From: a virus
Taxonomy: Duplodnaviria > Caudoviricetes
Reading direction: 5' to 3' (one strand)
DNA: 64,000 nt
IMG/VR virus record: IMGVR_UViG_3300031993_000061
Span: 4,586-68,585 of that record
How positions within the stretch are numbered: position 1 is the first letter of the stretch; each line of letters starts with the position of its first letter. The notes beneath the pieces are model-generated. The model ran no database searches, was not told the origin of the DNA, and saw nothing but the letters and a program-made list of their open reading frames with translations. Positions 10,152 to 23,150 of the stretch are shown here, piece after piece. A program made the translations under genes and the position numbers.

Positions 10152-10675
10152 AAATCTTACAAGAACATATCGTAAATGCTTGGGAAGCAGAAACAAAACG
10201 GTAGTATCTTGATGAAATATGGGATATGATTACGCTCGCCTATGAAACAATAGGCGGGTGTAATTGCACCAAGGACGAATTATTAGACGAGAATGTCTAT
10301 TGGAAAATGACACGCAGAAACGGAAAAATCACGGCCGTGTGTGTTTACAAGATGACGCCAAATGGGCGTAAAATGTTTTTGTTGGCATCAGACGGTAGCG
10401 AACAAGGAAAGACCGATATTCGCAAGATTATGTCTGAAGATGTAACACAAGAAGAAAGACATTTTTATGCGGAAGTTTCCGGAAAGCCAGAATATATGTA
10501 CAAGAAGCGCGGTGCGAAATCCATTCCGACGTCTGATGTCGAAAAGATTTTGGTCGGCAAAGATATTCAGCCAACTGGAGAAGATGAGTATCGCTATACA
10601 AGACAAGTTGGTCCTGACAAAAAGACATTCACCAAAGTAATGGTTGGAAATCCAAAGATGGAATAGGAGAAATAA
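10148..10675 (+). CDS. Hypothetical, probably virion-internal protein, 175 aa with TAG=Gln (TAG at 10202 and 10664)
   Basis: ATGA overlap with the upstream stop; read-through joins MKILQEHIVNAW to the 10226 ORF and ends at TAA. Confidence 0.7.
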
Positions 10676-10679
10676 GAGA

Positions 10680-11138
10680 ATGGCAATCAATATGGTTGGT
10701 AAGCAAACCGTAAGGGTTTTCTTTGGGATTCAGCAAGATACCGAATTAACGGTAGAAGAGGAAAAGCGATTTTGGAGAGATTTTACCGACGCCGTGGAAA
10801 GCTCGCTTGATGGCGAACTAAGCGACTTCGCGTTAGAAGAAAGTGACATTGATTTTTCACAAGGCGTGCTTGATTGCGACTATCAGTACGACACCACCTT
10901 TGTTGGAAAGTGTTATGGAGAGGGCGATACCAACGAGTTTGGCTATGTCGACGTCGATATTGTCAAAGAGGCATACGGTGTTAATATGGATAAGTTTGCC
11001 GACGCCGTTGAGCGCTCCGATATTTTGAAAGATATTATCGATATCGGAACGGCATTCGCCACCGTTGACGACCCTGACGATTTTGAGTATATCGACGATT
11101 TCGACTTCTACCCGGAGCAAGAGTATTGGGATAGATGA
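10680..11138 (+). CDS. Hypothetical acidic protein
   Basis: ORF coupled to its neighbours. Confidence 0.6.
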   Translation: MAINMVGKQTVRVFFGIQQDTELTVEEEKRFWRDFTDAVESSLDGELSDFALEESDIDFSQGVLDCDYQYDTTFVGKCYGEGDTNEFGYVDVDIVKEAYGVNMDKFADAVERSDILKDIIDIGTAFATVDDPDDFEYIDDFDFYPEQEYWDR

Positions 11139-11608
11139 TAATTAAGGATATCCAAGATTTCGATATTGTCAATTATAAGAAGCCGTCTATGACAATCATT
11201 ATGCCGTTTTGCGACTTCAAGTGCGACAAAGAAAACGGCAATCAGTATTGTCAGAATTGGCCGTTAATCAAGCAACCAAATATCGAAATAGAATCGACCG
11301 ATTTAATTCGTCGTTATTATAATCCACAGATGGTACAGTCTGTTGTCTTTTGTGGATTAGAGCCGTTTTGCAGTTGGAAAGACTTATACGAATTTATCTA
11401 TGTTTTTCGTCAGCAATATACGGACGATATTGTTGTATATAGTGGTTACACAAAATCGGAGATTGAAGCAAAGATACAATGCCTTTCCGACTTTCCAGAT
11501 ATCATTATTAAATTTGGACGATATAGGCCGCACCAGAAGCCGCATTTCGACGACGTACTCGGTGTTTCTTTGGCTTCTGATAATCAATATGCAGAACGCA
11601 TTTCGTGA
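11135..11608 (+). CDS. nrdG: Anaerobic RNR activating enzyme (radical SAM)
   Basis: PFCDFKC..CQN, VVFCGLEPF, VVYSGY, IKFGRY and LASDNQ. Confidence 0.88.
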   Translation: MIIKDIQDFDIVNYKKPSMTIIMPFCDFKCDKENGNQYCQNWPLIKQPNIEIESTDLIRRYYNPQMVQSVVFCGLEPFCSWKDLYEFIYVFRQQYTDDIVVYSGYTKSEIEAKIQCLSDFPDIIIKFGRYRPHQKPHFDDVLGVSLASDNQYAERIS

Positions 11609-11614
11609 GGGATT

Positions 11615-13015
11615 ATGAGCAGAACAATTCGTGTAGAGGCATCCAAAATAAAAGGATTCCCAAAAGAGTTTTTATGTGAGGATATCGCCGCTGTCAGAAA
11701 GCAGTATCCAAAAATTGATGATGTTACTTTTAACAAATTGATTGCCTTTGACCCGACATTCAATAAGGACAGAGATTCGGTCGGAACATATGGTAAATGG
11801 ATTCTCAATGGATTCAATAAGGGGAATATCACCGACAAGGATTTTGGTCATCTTAAAGATGTGTTGACAAGATTCGACGATAACAAGAAGAATCTGAAAC
11901 AGAAGGATATCGGTCTCTATAAGACAGTTAATGACCTCGACGCCATGTTAAACGACGAAGATAGTTATAAGGAACTGTCCCACCGTCAAGAAGTCAGACA
12001 GAGACAGAACGCTCGTAAAAATGCCGACCTCGGAGAAGAAGCGGACATCGTTTACGAAGACGGAGATTGGGAAGTCTGGGTGCCGAAAACCTACGCCGCT
12101 TCGTGCAAACTTGGACAGGGTGCTTCTTGGTGTACGGCGTCTACTGAAAGCGATTATTACTATAAGTATTATAAGAATCAGTACGGCGGAGACTATTATA
12201 TCAATATCAATAAACACGACCCCGATGATAAATATCAATTCCATTTCCAAAGCAACCAGTTTATGGATAAAGATGATAGCGCAATTTCCCTCTTTGATTT
12301 TCTCGGCAAAAATGAGGGTTTGAAAAATTTCTATGCGCCTATTATCTCAGAAACAATGGGAATTGATATTACACAGCCAACGCAGATGATAACACTGTCG
12401 TGGGGCGATTTCGGAATGTACTATAAGCATTACGGACAGAATAGTCGCGATTCGCTCAGTACCGATTTTGTCGAAGACTGCGTCAGCGCGGCCTATGAGT
12501 ATGACGACGAGGGACTGCGCAACGAGATTTTCCATTGGACGTTTGACACGCCATACGAACAACAGTATATTATTGACGCTGTTGAAAATAACGAGGATAA
12601 AATCAACAACAAACATATGCACTATACGGCCGACGAAATCGTTGCGATTCTCTCTGACGATATGGAGACCGAAGATAGCGATATCGTTAAAGATGCGGTT
12701 GGTAGAGCATATGAGTCCGGCCTTGAACAAGGTATCTATAAAGAGGTTATCGACGATTTTACAGACGCCGTGAAAAACGCTACGCCGTATCGCGGAAATG
12801 CCTATGATGTTGTGGAAGCCAACGGCGACGGCTTGATGCTTGAAATCAAAACAGACGAACTGCTGAAATGGGTTGAAAGCGATGCCGACGAAATCGACGA
12901 TGCCGCTTGGCAAATGTATATGAATAACTTCTATTTTAGCGAGCCACGCTATGGGTGGAACGGTTTTGATGATGACGAATTTGTTGCCGTATTGTCCGAC
13001 GAGTTAGACTATTGA
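11615..13015 (+). CDS. Conserved large-phage protein with a WCTA motif (PcfJ-like, tentative)
   Basis: GKWI..KDIGLYKT..PKTYAASCKLGQGASWCTAS..KYQFHFQSNQFMDKDD. Confidence 0.55.
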   Translation: MSRTIRVEASKIKGFPKEFLCEDIAAVRKQYPKIDDVTFNKLIAFDPTFNKDRDSVGTYGKWILNGFNKGNITDKDFGHLKDVLTRFDDNKKNLKQKDIGLYKTVNDLDAMLNDEDSYKELSHRQEVRQRQNARKNADLGEEADIVYEDGDWEVWVPKTYAASCKLGQGASWCTASTESDYYYKYYKNQYGGDYYININKHDPDDKYQFHFQSNQFMDKDDSAISLFDFLGKNEGLKNFYAPIISETMGIDITQPTQMITLSWGDFGMYYKHYGQNSRDSLSTDFVEDCVSAAYEYDDEGLRNEIFHWTFDTPYEQQYIIDAVENNEDKINNKHMHYTADEIVAILSDDMETEDSDIVKDAVGRAYESGLEQGIYKEVIDDFTDAVKNATPYRGNAYDVVEANGDGLMLEIKTDELLKWVESDADEIDDAAWQMYMNNFYFSEPRYGWNGFDDDEFVAVLSDELDY

Positions 13016-13033
13016 GATTACATAATATCAAAC

Positions 13034-13085
13034 AAAAGTCAACCCTATTCCATGGGTTGACTTTTTTCTTTTCTTGTGATATAAT
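13034..13085 (+). terminator. Intrinsic terminator whose 3' arm is the -35 of the next early promoter
   Basis: AAAAGTCAACCC/GGGTTGACTTTT 12-bp hairpin plus T-tract; TTGACT 13057-62, TATAAT 13080-85. Confidence 0.8.
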
Positions 13086-14760
13086 AATAACGCACAAGGA
13101 AAGAGAGGGTAATTCAGATGAAAGAGAAAACCAAGAGAGAACTCAAACATATCGCCGTGACCGCTCTGCGTGATGAATATGGATTCGCTCCCAAACAGAG
13201 CGATGTGAGACTGCTCGAAGCGAGCGGCGATGGTACGTATATTCTGTTCGATGTGCTTGGGAAAGAATATCGGTTCGATTCCTATATTTCCCATATCGGC
13301 GGAATGGAAACCATTTGGTGCGGAAGCGGCACGATTGAAAAAATCAAATCTAAATAAATTCAAATAGAGAGGTATTTTATTACAATGAGTATCAATGTGA
13401 GACAGTTTGTTGAGAATGGGCAGAAGGCGCGGAATATGAAGGACTACCGTATTGCGCTTGGCGAATATGAGTACCGTGTCAACTATGAGGAAGACGTCAA
13501 CAAGGCGTTTGTCAAACTTCGCGTAGACCGTCGCTCTGTCGGTAAGAGAAACTTCAATTTCTTCAATACCATTATCGTCAATCTTGCCGGCCGAGACGTA
13601 GAAGAGCAGATTATGAGCGAACTTCAGTAACAATAACTATCCGAATGGGGGCACAGAAATGAAGTATGTTATCTTTCAAACCGGCGAAACGGTATTGTTT
13701 GCAGAGAGCGTAACCCATGCGTTTGTGGCCGGTAGCAGACCGGTTCGTTCTGCGGGTTTTTGTGTACTTGAAACAAATCGAAATCGGTTTGACGAGATTC
13801 GTGCTAAGGCCATTTGCTATGGAGGTTCAGATTCTCTTGGCGTGACAAGTCGACCGGAAGATGCGGAATACATTTCTGCTATGTGGGTGTAAGAAAGTCA
13901 TATTATGGAAAAAAAGAAGCCGAAATTGGGGGTAATGAAATTTATGAAATATGTTGTGGTAAATCCAGACGATTTCGACACGATTCAAAAAAGGGCGCGG
14001 GTGTTTAGCGATTTGCAGACAGGTGACGTTTTTAGAACTATGACAGAAAGTAATATTATATGCGTTAGATGTGAAAACATTTATTTTTACGATGCTTGTG
14101 GCAATGTGACTGATAAGGTGTTTGCAAATTGTGTTCGTCTGGATAATGGCAGATTGCGATATATAGCAGATGAATGTGCTGTAGAATTATATAGCGATAC
14201 GCTCTTATTCAACGTAAATAAGTTCAGTGCTTTGGAATACAATATAGTAACATAAAATGCAAAATGTCCTGATTGCGGCGAGACGTTTTTTGTAAAAGTA
14301 AATGAAGAGAGGTAAACAATATGTGCGCTTTAGTGGTTGGTCTTATCCATACAATGGTCATTCTGTTCATTATGCCTGAAGGAACGCCGCAGTGGCTTGT
14401 GATTGGTTTCAGCGTATTATGTTGCTTCTTGTATGTGGTTGGTTGTATTGTCAATCAGTTCGAGCAAGAAAAGTACGAAGCGCTTGAAGACACGGTGTCA
14501 AAACTCGAAAAAGAGATTAAGAAATTACAGAGCGAGGTTGACGACGGAAAATGAACGCTTTGAAAACAGCAAGACGAGTGGCAAGAGAAGAAGAAGAAAG
14601 AGCATTTGAGGAAAAGTATCGTCTTGAACAAGAAAAGATTGCCAACATGACGGAAGACGAGCGAAAATCTTACTTAGAAGAAAAACAAAAAGAGAGAGAA
14701 AGGTTGGCAGAATTGTTGGCTTTTCCTGCACTTGTGTCAAATTATTATGGGAAGTAAAAA

Positions 14761-14970
14761 ATGAAGAACATTTTAACCGGTAAACTGAAACTGAAAAAGG
14801 CAACCTGTCCGTATTGTGATTGTGAATTTACTTTTGACATTACTGATATTGACCACGGTCTTTTCGGCAGTACATTGTCTTGTCCGCTTTGTAATGGAAC
14901 TATTAAATCTTTTTCCGGTAGCGGACTGCAGAGAGAGTTTTTTAATAGTTTTGAAGATTACGAGGGATAA
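14761..14970 (+). CDS. Small Zn-ribbon protein (paralog of 19174..19407)
   Basis: CPYCDCEFTF..SCPLCNG..FEDY shared with 19174..19407. Confidence 0.7.
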   Translation: MKNILTGKLKLKKATCPYCDCEFTFDITDIDHGLFGSTLSCPLCNGTIKSFSGSGLQREFFNSFEDYEG

Positions 14971-15139
14971 TAGATGGATAAAGAAATGTTAGACAGATTC
15001 GACGTTCGCGAATTAGAGAAAGTGAAAAAGATTATTGTCGGCATTTACAACTATCATTATGGCACTCCAAACAGCAAGGGTTTAACAGACCGTCTTGAAA
15101 CTATTGAAAAGAAGATAGATGAGTTGATAGGTAATTATT

Positions 15140-15571
15140 ATGAGCGCTAATATGTACAAGGGAAAACAAGTCAATACAAAAGAATGGCTTTACGGTAGTT
15201 TGCTTATACTGAATGGCAATTCTTATATTGTTCCTGACGACGGTGACATAAATTTACTTGACGAGTATGAGGTAGATTATACAACCGTTTGCGAACACAC
15301 AGGCCTCTATAATAATGGAGAGGAGGATATCTGGGAACACGATTATGTGAAACTTTGGTATCCTTATTGTGAGACAGAAGAAAATGAAATCTATGAAGTG
15401 CGAAAAGAATACGATTGTCCCGGCGGTTCGTGGTCGTGTTCTGCATTTATTCTTGATGGTGTTGGGTGTAGTAATTTTATGTCTTTCGAGGATACCATTT
15501 ACGATTATACAAACGAAATTACGGTTGAAATCGTAGGCAATAAATTTGACGGGGTAAAGAAAAATGGATAA
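15140..15571 (+). CDS. YopX family protein
   Basis: YKGKQVNTKEWLYGSL..TVCEHTGL..IWEHD..EIVGNKFD. Confidence 0.8.
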   Translation: MSANMYKGKQVNTKEWLYGSLLILNGNSYIVPDDGDINLLDEYEVDYTTVCEHTGLYNNGEEDIWEHDYVKLWYPYCETEENEIYEVRKEYDCPGGSWSCSAFILDGVGCSNFMSFEDTIYDYTNEITVEIVGNKFDGVKKNG

Positions 15572-15756
15572 TAAAAGTGTTTTCGCAACTCTTCAATTAT
15601 TGAGAGATTTAATTCGGACAATTCGTTTTTATACCGCTAATCTTCCTGATGATGTCCTGCCTAACGATAAATGGGACAAAATAAGAATGAAGTTTTCAGA
15701 AGTTGATTTATTGTTAAGCGAAGCACAAGGAAAAACCATCAATGGAGAGAAAACAA

Positions 15757-16017
15757 ATGAGACTAATTGACGCTGACGAACTTAAAATGAATATGTTTGC
15801 CTATGCGCCGCCCGAAATGATATGGGACCATGGAGACGTCGACCATAAAATCAACGAAATGCCAACAATCGACGCCGTTCCGGTGGTGCGGTGCAAAGAT
15901 TGCAAGCATTTCATGGAGTTTGAAAAACCGCTTGGAAAGTGGCAGGGACTTTGTCATTATTATAACGCTCATAGCGTCATGAAAAATGATTTTTGCAGTA
16001 GGGGCAAACAAAAATGA
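15757..16017 (+). CDS. MRLIDAD-family small phage protein
   Basis: MRLIDADEL..PTIDAVPVVRCKDC..DFCS. Confidence 0.75.
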   Translation: MRLIDADELKMNMFAYAPPEMIWDHGDVDHKINEMPTIDAVPVVRCKDCKHFMEFEKPLGKWQGLCHYYNAHSVMKNDFCSRGKQK

Positions 16018-16687
16018 GAATCATTAAAGAAGGTCGTATAACACCTGCCGAATATATCGCTCAATGCAAAAAATGTGGTTGTGAATTTGGTTTTACTATC
16101 GATGATATTGAAGTAAAAGCGCCAAGTCAATATGATAGTCCTTCTGATAAAAACGCATATTCAATGTGTTGTCCATATTGTAAAGAACATATGCTTGCTG
16201 TGTGGGGTGGCACAAAGGGGTCGTTTTTAGTCGAGTTTATGAATGAATACGCAAGAGATAAGGAAAATTGGTTAAGATAATAAGGAAGTGAAATGAGAAT
16301 TTATAAATATAATCACCAACTTCATAAATGGGAAGATGATTCACAAATCCGTAGAGATTGTTGGGTTACGCCAGATGGCGATGTCTTTAATTGTACGGCT
16401 CATGAGGTATATGCCGAATATATTGTTAAGGAATTCTTTAATGAGTGTGATGATTCTGAATGTTGTGGTGACTATTTAATAAATTTGGGTTGGACAAAAT
16501 TTACCACTTCGTGTATGAATACCTTTTATAAACAAGACGGACTTTATAACAACCTTACGGAACAGCAAAAATACATATATGAAAATTGTTTTGATTTTTA
16601 ATTAAGTTGACTTTTTGCTTTATTCATGTTATCATAATAATGGTACAAATAAATGAAAAATGAGTTTTGCAGTAGAGGTAAACAAAA

Positions 16688-17068
16688 ATGAGACTGATTG
16701 ACGCCAATAAGTTAGTTAAACTTTTAGAAAAACAATGCCTTGTATCTTCTGATGAATACGAAAACGGACATAATTGGGGGATAGACAAAGCCATTACAAT
16801 CGTTACATCTATGACGACTATTGATGATAATAAAAATGAGTATCATGGGTATGCCGTGTTATTTAATAATGGGTCGTATTTGTCGTCTGTACATTGGAAT
16901 AATGGATTTGCGCTAAATGGTCTGGTAACAAAATCAGAAATATTTGATACAATATCAGATGCTCAATATTGGGGCAAAGAATATTTGAAATGGCAAAAAG
17001 CCAAAGATGCAGGTATTAAAACATTTCGTATTATGGAAGTCGAAATGAGGATAAAAGATATTGGGTAA
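16688..17068 (+). CDS. MRLIDAD-family N-terminus fused to an unrelated C-terminal domain
   Basis: Starts MRLIDANKLV but lacks the VRCKDC tail. Confidence 0.65.
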   Translation: MRLIDANKLVKLLEKQCLVSSDEYENGHNWGIDKAITIVTSMTTIDDNKNEYHGYAVLFNNGSYLSSVHWNNGFALNGLVTKSEIFDTISDAQYWGKEYLKWQKAKDAGIKTFRIMEVEMRIKDIG

Positions 17069-19173
17069 GAAAGTATTTGTAGAAAAACTTAACGCCCCAA
17101 CTCGGAATAACCATATTTATACTACCGAAAATATTATGAAAGATATTGTAGACGCTCAGTATGTAAAATACATGATAGATAGAAACATCTGCTTTATTTA
17201 TCGGTATTCTGATGGCGAATTATGGTATTGCGATATTGAAAATATCATAGGTAGAATTGAAAAGTTCGAAATAGAGCAAGATAGTTTATATGCTTATATT
17301 ACAATGATTAAACCAGATTGTTCATATCCAGAAAGATTATATCTGTTCGGCGAGGGCTATGTTGGTGAAGATAATATTGTGACAAACTATGTATTCTATT
17401 GTTGCTTTGTTGATGACAAAAAGGAATATGTAAGATAAACTTGACTACCATTATGAAAATAGATGAACTCAGCATCAAATACTTAAAAGAACCAACAGAT
17501 GCAGATAAAAAGCGAAAAATCTACTGTAAAGATTGTGTTCATTTTTGGGAACATTCTGGTGAGTGTCACATAAATCCATTATACGCAAGGCCGACACTGG
17601 ATTATTCGTCGTGTCCCGCCGCTGAAAGGAATCAATAAGATGGCGGTCATTATTAAGAATCTGCAAATCCCGAAAAATTGTCTGGAATGCCGTATTGATT
17701 GTGATGAATTTTTAAGAATTACCGACAATCCGGAGTATTATAAAGAGCGTGACATTATGCGAAAGACAAGGCCAGACTGGTGTCCGATTATTGGGTATGT
17801 AGAAGATGAAAAATAAGAAAACCAAAAATAACTTTTATGAATTAAGAAAGTACACTATGTATGTAAATGGTATTGTTGGTGTTGAATTCAAACTTTCTTT
17901 GAAAGATAAATTAAAAATACTATTTTGCAGTGGCGTCTCGGTTATTTTATTCCATGGTCTTGCAGAAGACGAAAGATAATTTATCATTTATGACAAATTA
18001 ACACATCAATATAAAGATAACTATTCAAATTTGAATAATTAAGGAGGAAATATGGAAAATAACGCAACGCTCAGAGTGCATCCTAACGACGACGGAACTG
18101 TTACTGTCAATTATTGTGAAAGTCTCGGACAAATGTTGGACTGTCTCGACGACAATCTGATTGCGCAAGACAAAGTCATCGACGCCTTTAAGGTATTTTG
18201 CCAGTACGACCGTTTGAAAAATCTCTATCAGTATGTGACCGTTTTGCCTGTCGGATTTTCAGGTCAGATTGATAGCATGACCGCTGTATATCAAGATGAT
18301 AACGGCGTTATTTATAAAGCATAATGCCAATATATTATTCTAAACCGCCTTATGTTTGTATTTTTCAAGCGCCTGCGCGACTGCCGTCCAAAATAACAGA
18401 CCAACTTCCTAAAATAAATAAAGATTTGGTTATTGTTGATGATGAAATTTATTATAGCAGAAACAAAGAATTGCTTGATAAGAATCTGTCTAAGATTAAG
18501 CAAACAAACGCTCGTAACGACTATAACTCGCAGATAAGGCATTATCTTAGTCAGCACAAATACGAATATAACGAACGCCATAGTGCGGAGAGCGACTATT
18601 ATTATGTAAATATAGATGCTTTTACCATTAGAATAAGAGTATCAAATCATATAAAGTACAATAGAGAAATAACTTATTTGGAATTTAAGTACGGAAACCC
18701 AAAGTCAAAGCAGAAAATAAGGGATGAAGTACAAACAAGAATGGATGCCGTTATTAAAAAGAAACCATCCAATAGGATTTATCATAAACTTTGTATAGGA
18801 GAAAAGTAAAAATGACTGAGTCTTGGAGAAAGGCCGTTCTCGACCATATTCCTCACGGAGAAGAGGGAAATATTGAATTAAACTGGAATGATACAATTGC
18901 TATGCAGAAAATTCTGATTGAGAACGGATATGCAGTTTGTATTACCGGTGGGGCGTTCAAAGATACTTACCGACTCTCTTGGGTGTATGCTGGCGATGTT
19001 GACGATACAAAATATGCAGATTACGATAATGTAATATTTTCTTCCGCCGATTATCTTGAAGATTATCCAGAAGCGGTGTATCATACAGAAGATGAAGAAG
19101 AATCAGACGATGAACCAGAAGATGGATATGAGTCTGAAGATATGTCAGAACTTACACCAGAGGATTATGCCGA

Positions 19174-19407
19174 ATGAAAAATATTATAGGGCATGGATAT
19201 CTGAAAACCAAAAAGGCCGTTTGTCCGTATTGTGATTGTGAGTTTACGTTTAATATTACCGATATTGACAATAATTTTGCCGGTCCCTCATTGTCTTGCC
19301 CTCTGTGTAACGGAACAGTCGAACGATATATCGGTACAGGTTTTTTGAGACAATTTTTCGAGTCGTTTGAAGATTACAAAGAGAAAGAGGATAGCGAGAA
19401 TAAATAA
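19174..19407 (+). CDS. Small Zn-ribbon protein (paralog of 14761..14970)
   Basis: CPYCDCEFTF..SCPLCNG. Confidence 0.7.
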   Translation: MKNIIGHGYLKTKKAVCPYCDCEFTFNITDIDNNFAGPSLSCPLCNGTVERYIGTGFLRQFFESFEDYKEKEDSENK

Positions 19408-19866
19408 TGAAGAAAATTATTGAAGAATGAAAACTCGATACTATGAATTACTTGCATATAGGGGTAAAATATGAAACAAGAATTTACACTGACAAGAAAA
19501 CGCTATAAGTATTATGTCGTTCACGACGGCGATATGCACAAGGTCATCTGTGTATCGCATTATGCAGGAAAGTCGTATCGCGGTATTGCTATTTGCTCGC
19601 CAGACGATACCTTTAATTTGGATAAAGGAATGACTCTTGCTAAACTGCGCTGTGACCGCAAAATTAACGCCGTGAAGAACAAGTATGTTGATGATAGGAT
19701 TATGTCGGCCAACATTATGCTTGCGCTCGTACAGAAAGAATTACGCGAACTGGCGTGTCTGAAAGTAAAGTATATGAAAGAAGATGTGGAAACAGAATCT
19801 GCTCTTCAAAATACAGAGTGGTAATAGGAAAATGGCGTCGTAGGAAACACGGCGCTTTTTCTGTCG

Positions 19867-19899
19867 TGGGTTGACGGATTGATTTGTTTGTGATATAAT
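19867..19899 (+). promoter_or_regulatory. Early-type sigmaA promoter preceded by a terminator hairpin (about 19832-19862)
   Basis: TTGACG 19871-76, TGA-TATAAT 19894-99. Confidence 0.8.
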
Positions 19900-21921
19900 G
19901 ATACCATAAAATATAGTATCGGGGTTATAACGATGGTGGTTTGGGTTGTTATGCGTGTGTGTGATTATGAATATGGATGCCGTGATGTAGATGCTGTATT
20001 CGATAATCAAGAAAGCGCGAATGAGTATGTAGAAAAGCAGACAAACGGAAACAATGAATTGCCATTGTGGAATGGGCACATTATTGATAACTATTCGGTC
20101 GAGCCGTGGGAAGTGAGAAAATAAAATGAGTTGGAAACTTTATGATAAAGTAACGATTGTTGCTAAACCCGTAGAAGTATATGACTATAAGCAACATAAG
20201 ATTGTCTATCAAGGTTACGAGCAGGGATATGTTGTTGAATATGGAAACAAGAAAATGCTCGATTCTGCTATTACATGGGCTGTTGGGTATCAAAAAGACA
20301 AGACTCCAGAACAATTTGATTTTGACAATAACGGATTTTTATTGACAATTCACAATTCGGCCGGCGGCAGTTCTCAGGGTGGGAAACTCTCTTTTATGAG
20401 CTGTTGGATTGAGAAAGATGGTCATAAGTTCCTTATCGGTATCAATTCAGAACTGCTGGTCGAGTTAATCAAAAACACTACTATTATAAATGGCGTTTGT
20501 CAATCAGAAGTTTGTTTTGCAAGAAAAGATGGTCAAGTCGGCGTACTGACCAAAGACATGGATTCTTACAAAGAAGCGGTTGAGTATGAAAATCGTTCTA
20601 CCGAATTGAATAAAAAGAAAACGACAAAGTGGATTATCGGCCATGTTTACGAAACGGTTTCTACAAAAGTTATTTATCTCGGAAAATTGTATCAGTGGTA
20701 TGATATGGAACGAGTTGACTCAGACCGTAAAATGTGGAAGAGCGGAAGAATAAATCTTATTCTTCGCAAAACTCCGAAAGTTAAATATCTGGTTTGTCAC
20801 ATTGAAAAAAGTCGTTGGACCGGAAAAGAAGATAGATGGTATGAACTATTGGACAAGTTGCCGTCCAAGACAGACTCTGGCGTCGTCAAAACAGAAGAAG
20901 AATGTAAAGAAGAAATCAACTCGTATCTCGACACGATAGACAAAGAATTGATAGATTATTTTGACGAACATAGAAGTTGGTATTATTATGAAAAAATTGG
21001 TTTATCGTGTTCCGAAAATTCGCCTAAACTTTATGATGATGAAATGAAGAAAAGATTTGAAACGCAGAGGTATTATTTTTGTGAAAATAGTGTGTAAGGA
21101 TTGCGCTTTCTATCAAGATGGAAACTGTCATCATAACGGTATTTTTCCGAAACTTGAATATAGCACCTGTCCTTGTGCAACCAAAAGACCAAAAGCATAC
21201 AAGGTTTTCGATTACCGAGCGCCGGAAGAAAGTATTGTTGTTTTCGCAACGACGGCTGGTAAGGCAAAAATGATTGCTTTGTCGGATGCTTATGATGGTT
21301 ATGATTTTATTGAACTGCGAGCATATCGGATAAAACCGCTTGATGTATGCTATAAGCAAGGAAAAACCGTCATGGATTGGTATGACCAACAGGACAGATT
21401 GGATATGTTTAATCTTGGCGGTTATCGGTGCGAAGAAATCGGATATGGTCTATGTGATGACTGTCTCGCAAAAGATAAATGCGATATTTACAACGATTAT
21501 CAAGAATATTTGAAAGAGTTGGAAAAAGAAAAATGACGAAACAGAAGGCGCTTGAAACAATCGAAATGTTAGGCCTTGATAACAGAGGTTATGCAAATCT
21601 GAAAGAGGCAATCAATGTTGCCATTGAGTGTTTAAGAGAATCTTGTGACAAAGAGCAGAAAGCAGAAAATCAACCGTGTAAATGTTATCGAGAAACTACA
21701 GAAATACACTATCTTTCAGAGTTTGCGCAGGGTGTTTATTTTGCTAAAACTGGTAAAAGAAAAACATCTACAGAATCTCTTGTCGGAAGATGTATGGGTA
21801 CAAAAGAGGTAGATGTTTGCTCTTGTGGTGGAGATTGTCGTAAATGTGATTTTTATCCAGAAAAACGAAAACTCAATTTTGAGCGTTTTCCTGGTGAGTA
21901 TACTGAAAGGTGTAATAAGAA

Positions 21922-22251
21922 ATGAGCGTTATCATTAAGTGTATGAAAATGCCAGCAGGATGTATGGATTGCAATCTTTTGTATATGGACCGCGGTGGGG
22001 CTTACTGTATGGCAACCAATAATTGCGCTGAAGAGGAAGGCGGTGCAGACCAATATGAATATACTCGACCAGATTGGTGCCCGTTAGTAGAACTTCCGGG
22101 CAACCACGGTCGTCTTGTAGATGCTGATGAAATGCTTGCTAAGGCGAAAAAACAGTCAGGACCTATGACCGGAGACGGATGGGATAACTTGGGCGTATAC
22201 GCTCTGATTGAAAGCCAAAAGACAGTTGTCGAAGCAGAGGACAAAAAATGA
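21922..22251 (+). CDS. Small Cys-rich phage protein (MSVIIK..CxxC..CPL..HGRLxDAD family)
   Basis: Paralogs at 17640, 22430 and 27298. Confidence 0.7.
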   Translation: MSVIIKCMKMPAGCMDCNLLYMDRGGAYCMATNNCAEEEGGADQYEYTRPDWCPLVELPGNHGRLVDADEMLAKAKKQSGPMTGDGWDNLGVYALIESQKTVVEAEDKK

Positions 22252-22880
22252 AAAAAGTCAGACTGGATATAAAAATCAATGTTCCAGACAGTTTTCAATC
22301 GGGGGAGTGTGAGAAGTGTCCACTCCATATCAATCGCAGTTTTGAGAATTTTCCGGGTAGTTATACGGAATACATTCAATGTTTATTTTATTTTAACAGA
22401 GCAACGTGTCCGTTAGAGGAAGTGAAAAAATGAGCGTTATTGCAAAGGGTGTTAATTTTCCAGAAGCGTGTATTGACTGTCCGTTTGCACACCTGACAAT
22501 CACAGATATATGGCGTTGTTCGTGTTTGACAGAAAACGGTCGAATAGAAAATCTTGCGAGCAAACTCAATAACTGTCCGCTCGTCGAAATCCCGATAGAA
22601 CACGGTCGTCTGATTGATGAAAATGAAGCACTCATCAATTATGCAAAAATGCCGTCTATGCCAGCACCGGAAATACTTGCTGTTACGAAAACGATTATTC
22701 CGTCAGAAGGAGATAAAAAATGAATAATAACGCTCAATTAAAAGAAGTGTTCTCCGCTATGGATAAATTGCTTCTCAATCGTTCAATCAAGCAACCGTCC
22801 GAAAAACGACCGAGATGGCGAGATAATCTTTTATCTTATGATGAGGTAGAATATATCCTCAATAACTGGGAGTGGAGAAT

Positions 22881-23150
22881 ATGAGACTGATTGACGCTGA
22901 TAGTATCGTATTAGATTATGGCGGTTTGGCCAAAATATCGCCTTATGATTTTCAAGGAATTGCCGAATATTTTTTGAAACAAATTAGGAGATTGCCAACC
23001 GTTGACGCCGTTCCTGTGGTGCGATGCAAGGATTGTGTTGATTTTGTAAAAGGAAAAGACAAAATGGGCGAAATAAGATATTGCAATCTGAACTCGATTT
23101 ATGGATGTGATGAAAATAGTTTTTGTTCGTTTGGGAGGAAGAAAAGATGA
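22881..23150 (+). CDS. MRLIDAD-family small phage protein
   Basis: MRLIDAD..PTVDAVPVVRCKDC. Confidence 0.75.
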   Translation: MRLIDADSIVLDYGGLAKISPYDFQGIAEYFLKQIRRLPTVDAVPVVRCKDCVDFVKGKDKMGEIRYCNLNSIYGCDENSFCSFGRKKR